A stretch of DNA of 38,256 nt from Macrostomum lignano (taxonomy: Eukaryota). A program made the position numbers and the translations under genes. Under the pieces are notes generated by a model. The model did not search any database and had not been told where the DNA came from. It saw nothing but the letters and a program-made list of their open reading frames with translations. Positions 32,601 through 38,256 of the stretch are shown here, piece by piece. Position 1 is the first letter of the stretch. Each line of letters opens with the position of its first letter. The stretch spans positions 1-38,256 of the forward strand of contig NIVC01004682.1 in the NCBI GenBank assembly GCA_002269645.1. Reading direction: 5' to 3'.

Positions 32601-35600
32601 AGCGTTTGTAGAGATCCTCGAAGGCCAGTCGCGGGATTTGCTCGGCAAGGCGTTCGAGTCGTTCGAGCTGGTTGCGCAGCTCGATCACGCAGGAGTTGTG
32701 ATAGGCGTCCGCCTGGCCGAAATAAGCCTGCGGATGCGCGGAGTTACGACTTGGAGTCACTGTAGGTGACAAACAATCCGAAACATTTTAGGTGATTGAC
32801 TCATTGATTAAGCGGAGTCCAAACGCAACGACATGACGGATCGAAGACAAAAACTTCACATTAAGCAAGAAGGCGTGTCACATTACAGAGTTTAGACAAT
32901 TGTTTCTACGAAGACAGAAGGTTCTCGCTCACCTGCAGCTTCGAGATAATCACCTCCGAGCACTGGTCGAAGGTCTCGTGCAGCGCCTGAGGCCGGGTGA
33001 CTGGCCGGCTGCCCTTCTGCCGGTAGTACAGCTCGGCAGCCAGCAGCATGCCGTCCAGAGCCTCTCGGCAAATCCGCCTGACTCGGCCAAGGAAATGCTG
33101 CGCCTCAGCCGGGTCCTCGCCCTCGCCGAACACCATGTACTTTTTGTCGAGGCGCTGGTTTTTGGCAACAAACTTGCGCGAACTGGCAGTTTGAAGAAAA
33201 GGGTTGAAAACCGATCAGGACAAACTTAACCAGTACTCTTAGAACTTTTTTTCCAAAAAAGCCAGATGAAAGTACTTAAATTTACGCGTAAATAATTATT
33301 CGACCAAACCATAATAAAAATGAAAGGCTTCACAAGCAATCAGAAGTGCATCTGTAGGAAAGTCGGTCTTACTACTACTCTTGTGAAAGAGCCAACAGAC
33401 AGACATGTGCAAAAATGAAATAAATTTGAACAGGAAAAATTTAGTTTACTTTCAGCTAGGGTGCAAAAATATCGAATAAAATTGATTTGATTATAAATGA
33501 AGAATAGCAAAAGCAAGCAACTGGCTTTGTGTGCTCAAACTGTTTGAAAATAAAAAAACAGATTCGACTGTTGATTACGCCATGGCATCCTGCAGCTCCT
33601 TCTCTACGAGAGCCTTCAGGTCCTGCAGCATGTGGCCACCACCTGCTGAGGCCTCCTGGATGGTGCTGATGCGGCTGCTCTGCCGACCAGTCGAGTTTCG
33701 AATGCCGGCCCTTTAAAGTGGAGAGATTCGAACCAATGCTGGAAGACTTCCGGCGCTGCATCGAGCTGGTTGAGCTAACGAAGATGCTGGATAAACCAGA
33801 GCTCATCGTCCCAAGTTGGGTCAGCTTCCAAAGCAAAACAAATTTGAAAGCATTTTACCTGCCCTAATAAGTTAGTATGGTGCTGTAAAAATAAACAGTG
33901 TAAAATTTTCCTACTCAAAGTGTTGTTAATCCAAGTCAGCTAAGTTTGGTTTAGCTACTGAAAATGCAAATATCACGGTACAGTCACATTCTAGAGGCAA
34001 TACGGGTTTTATAGTTCAGTCGGAAACTTGCATGGAGACAGTTCTCCAGGTAAAGTACACGACGGGCCGGCCTCGGCTGGAAGACGAGTCGATGGCAAAT
34101 TTTAGAAAATAAAAACCACTAAAACAAGGGAACAGAGAAAGCTCATAAACAAAGACAGGGAATTGTGTTATGAACTTAGGAGAAAATAAACAAACTACTT
34201 TGCCAAATATGATTCAGTTCCTATTGCTTTAATTCTTGTCGCCCAAGACAGCCCTGGTAACGAAGAACTCACGCTGATGTCCTGCGGTTCACTGGCGGAT
34301 GAGCGCCGCCTCCACCGCCTCCCGTCGGCTGCTGCTGCTGCTGCGGCTCCCCAGACTCGCGTCTCGACGCCATCTTGGTGACCGAGGCGTGGCCCGGACC
34401 TTGCAGCGACGGAGTGTGCGTGTTGTCACCTGTGCCAGCTGCCTGCGATGCCTGCAAAATTGACAAACCAAGTTTGCTTATAAAACTTCGATCTGAGTAT
34501 CGAATCTGAGTATCTGTCTAGAGGCAAGTCATCCACTGAAATCCACTGAATGTCTCAAAATCACCTGCTGCTCCTGTTGGGGCTCTGCATCTCCAGGTTT
34601 CTTCTTTCTGGCTGCCAGCTTTCTGTCTTTGGCACCGGCCAGGCCGCCGGCACCGCCGCCAGCGCCTCCGGCTTCGTCTCGGTCAGCCTCGATCACCACC
34701 TCGCCGCCGCCGTGCGCTCGCGCTCGCTGGGTGCGCATGATGCGCTTGATGACCCCGGCTGACGGTTCCTCGGGCGGCTGCTTGCCGGGCCGGCTCACTG
34801 GAGTCGGCTGGGTGCTGGGCAGTCGCACTAGCTGCTGTTGCCTGCAGGAGTGGCAAATAAGTTGTGGTTTTAAAGGCTCTCCGACACGACATCCAATAGG
34901 ACGTAAGAAATTTCTCACCGTAGTTGTGTCTCACCATAAAGATCAAGAAAGCACAAAGTATATGGTGTTATTTCTGAGCATTCATCTTGCCCTAATGCTA
35001 TAACACTTTTAGAAATGAAAAGTTAAACACTTTGCCTGTGACATTTACCTGCTTGTCGCGGTCCCGCCAGTTCCGGCAGCGTCCGGAGAGCTCGAACTCC
35101 CGGCGGCTGGTGCCGCGGCTGCAGCTTCGTCAACAGTGACAACCACAGGCGGCGGCTTCTGCGTGCCGATGCAGTTCAAGTAGACGCTCCGATCGTTGAA
35201 CATGTCGAAGATATCGTGCAGCCCGCCGTAGAGGTCCTCGGGTCGGACGGTCTCCTTGTCCAGGTTCGGCCGGGCGCAGGCGTCCACGCGTTTGGCAAGG
35301 CTGTCCAGAGTCTCCACGAGCTTCAACGATTGCGAGTTGCTGTCAGACACCTCCGCTTTGATTTTGACCTGAGAATTGAAATTGATGCGAAAGTTTGGCT
35401 TAGCTTTGGACTTCCTGCCTTTATGAACAAATTAGTACATAGAAAAGTTGATCATCTAATGAGACAGCGCACGCGCGTTCAAATTTCAATTTATGTCAGC
35501 GCAGAATGTCATTCCTCGATCATCTCAAAATTTGTACTCATTTTTGCGTACCTGAGTGTTGGTGAGCCACCGCGCCACCTTCTCCATGAACACCAGGTCC

Positions 35601-37824
35601 ACCATGTGGTTTCGGAACTGCTCTTCGAATTCGCGAACTTTTGCATTAGCCGCGTCCAACCTTTTCTTCTCCATTCCCTCCAACTCGGACAGGATGCTGG
35701 ACTCCGCCGCGTCCACTCGGCTCGTCATCTTGTCCAGCCGCTTGCGGTAGTCGTCAACCTCCTCCGGGCAGAAGTTTCCGCCCTCGGAGAATAGCTTGAA
35801 CGACTTGACAAACCTGGCGTTAGCCTCGCGAAGCATCTGGAGCTTGTTGTCAAGGCCCTGGCGGAATTTGCGCAGGCTGGTGCGGATGCCCTCCATGAGA
35901 GTCTCCACCTCGGTGGTGCACTGTGAGCTGAGCGTGACGAGTCTGCGTAAGTTGAAACCAAATTTCCACAAGCGGTTCAGGTGTTGTCGCTTCAACAGTT
36001 ACTTTGGGGGAGGCAGCACTATGCTATGTATGCTACTAGTCATGATACTACTAGAATACTCAGAAGCTGTACGCTACCTGGACATCCAGAAAAGGCTTGC
36101 TTTATTTGATAATAAAATTACTAATAATAGGTGTGCAACCGACAGCTCAGCCGCAGCTATTTCGAGGCGCATCTTGAAGGCTTCGTACGGCTGTTCAGTC
36201 CAATGACTTGGGGGGGGGGGTCGCTACACACAACCTCAATTAACCCAGCTAATGCTGGCACCCATTTTACAGCTGGTGAGCTGAAGCAATGCACAGTTAA
36301 GTGTCTTGCTCAAGTTCGCGCTCTTGCTTCCAGTGGGATCGGGAATCGAACCCCAGGCCTTCAAGTCGTGAGTTTTGACCACTAACCTCTAATCACTAGG
36401 CTACAACTCGTACTTGATGAACGAACAAATACAAGGCATCAAATATAGACAGTTTGTTACGCACTTACGATGCTTCACGATTATTAAGTTTTAAGGTGGT
36501 TTTGAGCTGTATTTTGCAAACTTTTGGCTCTCTTAACTTTACCTAGAGCACTTTATATAATACATCTCGTAGTAAATCTACACCAAGCCTTTGACTTCTT
36601 AACATGTATTTTTCTTCTATGTAGATGGGTTTTCAATTTTTAAGTTTTATATCAATAGAAGTGCGCCGCAGTACCAAAAGCAAGCGCTTACTTGGCAGAC
36701 TTTGTCGCGCTGGTGTAGGCCTCTGTCATTCCGTCAATCTTGGTGGCGAATTCGCGCATGAGCCGCTCGTGCTCTTCGTTCATGGCGGCAAATTCCGCTT
36801 TCATGGCGTCCAGAGTCTGCTGGACGCCTTGGTGTGGCGCGTCACCGCTCCGAGTGCATCACGAGCTCGGCTCGCGCACGTGTGAACGTCCAGCTCGCTC
36901 GGCGGTCCGAGGCTCGTGCAGGTGCAGGCGGAGGCGCAGCTCGGCCTCCAGCTCCTCGTTTTGGCGCGGACGATGCGGCGCCGCGCTGAGCGCTTCGGTC
37001 GCCAGGAGTCGAGAAAGTCCAGAAAGTTCTGCCGGATCTGCGAGGTTGATGCAGAAGAGATTGGAATTTTTAGACCGATTTTGCCTCGGGGTTGATATTT
37101 TTCATCATCTGGATCATGGATTACTATAAGTAGCGGGATGAGACCTTTTGTTTGTTGTTGTTAAACGGGGTGGGAAGCCGGGGCTACCCGCGGATCAGCC
37201 AAGGAAGGGCTCTGCCGCTGGTCTTGTAGGGGCCATACTACCTGGGGCCGAAGCCGAGTGGCCCAGATTGGGACCAGAACTCAAGGCCGGTGAAGCCTTA
37301 TTTGGATGCTACTAACCCAAGCCTATGGACTAAGACACCGCCAACCCATAGTGGAATCAGGAGGACGGTGCAAAGACTGATCCACCCAAGCCACCCCCGA
37401 TGACAAGCCCGAGTGTGCGAAATGTTTTTTAAAAATAAACGAAACCGTCGGGATTCAGCATGGCTTACGCCATTGCAAAATGACTCAGCCATCCATTGGA
37501 CACTTACGCAATCTTCGCCTCCAAGATGGTTCGCCGGGGCACCGCCGCGCTGCGGACATTCTCGTCCTCCTCGGCGGCCTTGTCCGTAGCGTCGCGGGCA
37601 GCAAGGTGATGTAGCCGTGCTTCGCCTGCGACTCCTGCTGGTTCGACGATTGCTGGTTTGTCGCGCCGGCGGCTGCTGAAGGCTTTCGCGTCTGGCGGAT
37701 GGAATTCCATGCACGCGGCCTCTGTCGGCCCGGAACTCAGGCCGGCTGTCTGTGAACAAAATTTCGCGAAAGCCGTGCGAATCCATTCATCCTCCTGCAG
37801 CGTTTCAGAGAGTTCAGCATCTGT
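26193..37824 (-). CDS. CCDC180: Coiled-coil domain-containing protein 180 (DUF4456-containing C-terminal part); 5' end lies beyond the right window edge
   Basis: Exons ~37824-37508, 37037-36692, 35942-35552, 35368-35049, 34841-34565, 34451-34273, 33710-33579, 33182-32933, 32727-32383, 26684-26193. From 35942 down all phases are consistent. Recalled motifs: LRLRLHLHEPR, LVFMEKVARWLTNTQVKIKAEV, DACARPNLDKE, RLDKKYMVFGE, AELYYRQK..TRPQAL, KTTMAH, WQKSVQRIRELY-stop. Confidence 0.85.
26951..27133 (+). repeat. 5' LTR (183 bp)
   Basis: Direct repeat of 31842-32080, with 6-bp and ~49-bp deletions. Confidence 0.95.
27152..28000 (+). pseudogene. Retrotransposon gag with two zinc knuckles
   Basis: ORF 27152..27916; CRYCDKPHPEGKC and CSKCGKK/NHFSAVC, the second split by +1 A in an A-run near 27900; start codon reads TTG. 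Confidence 0.88.
28001..28881 (-). mobile_element. 5'-truncated non-LTR retrotransposon (RTE-like LINE, RT C-terminal part) nested in the LTR element
   Basis: ORF with YADD (LGYADDLALL) ending at 28049, ~30-nt 3'UTR, (GTT)n tail at 28001-19, TSD GCAACCTAC at 27992-28000 and 28882-90; removing it restores the host frame ..DPQPT|TVLHL..DTGAS. Confidence 0.93.
28891..31780 (+). pseudogene. Retrotransposon pol (protease, RT, RNase H, integrase), disrupted
   Basis: VDTGASVS; LRMCADY, DLRSAYWQI, YQDD; TTDASKG, TDHQPL; H..C..C zinc motif, RIHMDW, SDNAPEF, PQANGAAER. Stops, frameshifts and an out-of-frame deletion near 31230. Confidence 0.92.
31842..32080 (+). repeat. 3' LTR (239 bp)
   Basis: Follows the polypurine tract; followed by the AGTAT TSD. 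Confidence 0.95.
32383..33182 (-). CDS. CCDC180: CCDC180 exons 33182-32933 and 32727-32383 (DUF4456 region)
   Basis: Both open with canonical splice sites; overlap ORFs 32906..33136 and 32371..32772. Confidence 0.85.
33579..34841 (-). CDS. CCDC180: CCDC180 low-complexity linker exons 34841-34565, 34451-34273, 33710-33579
   Basis: Phase-consistent GT-AG joins to the flanking conserved exons. Confidence 0.7.
35049..35942 (-). CDS. CCDC180: CCDC180 exons 35942-35552 and 35368-35049
   Basis: FSEGGNFCPEEV, TNTQ|VKIKAEV and DACARP motifs; intact frames. Confidence 0.87.
36100..36408 (-). mobile_element. tRNA-derived SINE with a V-type central domain, in a CCDC180 intron
   Basis: Minus strand: A-box TAGCCTAGTGA, B-box GGTTCGATTCC, then CTTGAGCAAGACACTTAAC and CCAGCTGTAAAATGGGTGCCAGC; AT-rich tail near 36100; ends approximate. 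Confidence 0.75.
36692..37824 (-). CDS. CCDC180: CCDC180 exons 37037-36692 and ~37824-37508, with several apparent 1-nt deletions
   Basis: The peptide IRQNFLDFLDSW..EELEAELRLRLHLHEPR..ELDVH..AELVMHSER..GVQQTLDAMKAEF can only be recovered by switching frames several times. Confidence 0.65.
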
Positions 37825-37933
37825 CTACTGCCAGATAGCATAAAAAGCTTTTTAGCTAAACTGGACTTTCCTTCAAGCTTTTAATATTAGAAATGTAGGC
37901 TGTGTATTCCATGTCTATCTCACATTGACTCTT

Positions 37934-38256
37934 TCCCTGAATCTGTCTCTCCGCTCTGATTCAGTCCTGATCTGCCTTTCTGCTCAGCCTCAGTCCCTGA
38001 ATCCGCCTCTCTCCGCTCAGCCTCAGTCCCTGAATCCGCCTCTCCGCTCTTCGCTCAGCCTCAGTCCCTGAAACCGCCTCTCCGCTCTTCCGCTCAGCCT
38101 CAGTCCCTGAATCCGCCTCTCCGCTCAGCCTCAGTCCTGAATCCGCCTCTCGCTCAGCCTCAGTCCCTGAAACCGCCTCTCCGCTCTTCCGCTCAGCCTC
38201 AGTCCCTGAATCCGCCTTCCGCTCAGCCTCAGTCCTGAATCGCCTCTCCGCTCAGC
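37934..38256. repeat. ~30-40 bp minisatellite (GCTCAGCCTCAGTCCCTGAATCCGCCTCTCC), cut by the window end
   Basis: Directly visible, with unit-length jitter. Confidence 0.93.

Noticed and set aside
33363-33375. CGGTCTTACT resembling a flatworm spliced-leader fragment
   Set aside because: Only about 10 nt, intronic, with no donor or Sm site.
33960-34075. Candidate extra CCDC180 exon
   Set aside because: Stop in the required phase; 34273 splices in phase to 33710.

Overview
This is eukaryotic, intron-rich animal DNA with GC-rich exons, AT-rich introns and many satellites. The overall style suggests a free-living flatworm such as Macrostomum lignano, but that is an inference. Left to right: (1) six exons of a divergent Mediator subunit 1 (MED1) gene on the minus strand (7961 to 3614, running off the left edge), with a different tandem array in each long intron; (2) an AT-rich stretch holding an inverted repeat that contains a decayed hammerhead-like motif; (3) four paralogous 3-exon genes encoding secreted proteins with a PAN/Apple-like domain fused to a fibrinogen-related domain (FReD), three on + and one on -, copy C frameshifted, with a MITE between copies B and C; (4) the 3' part of CCDC180 on the minus strand, whose last intron holds a decayed Ty3/Gypsy LTR retrotransposon (AGTAT TSD) that is itself interrupted by a 5'-truncated LINE (9-bp TSD); a tRNA-derived V-type SINE sits in another intron. 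The most interesting signal is the FReD cluster: internal exon segments are almost identical even at wobble positions, second introns do not align, and the N-terminal and ligand-binding ends are highly divergent, which looks like a gene-conversion-shaped recognition family. All gene calls come from manual translation, splice-phase reconstruction and recalled family motifs; no searches were run. Several frameshifts fall in homopolymers and may be consensus errors.
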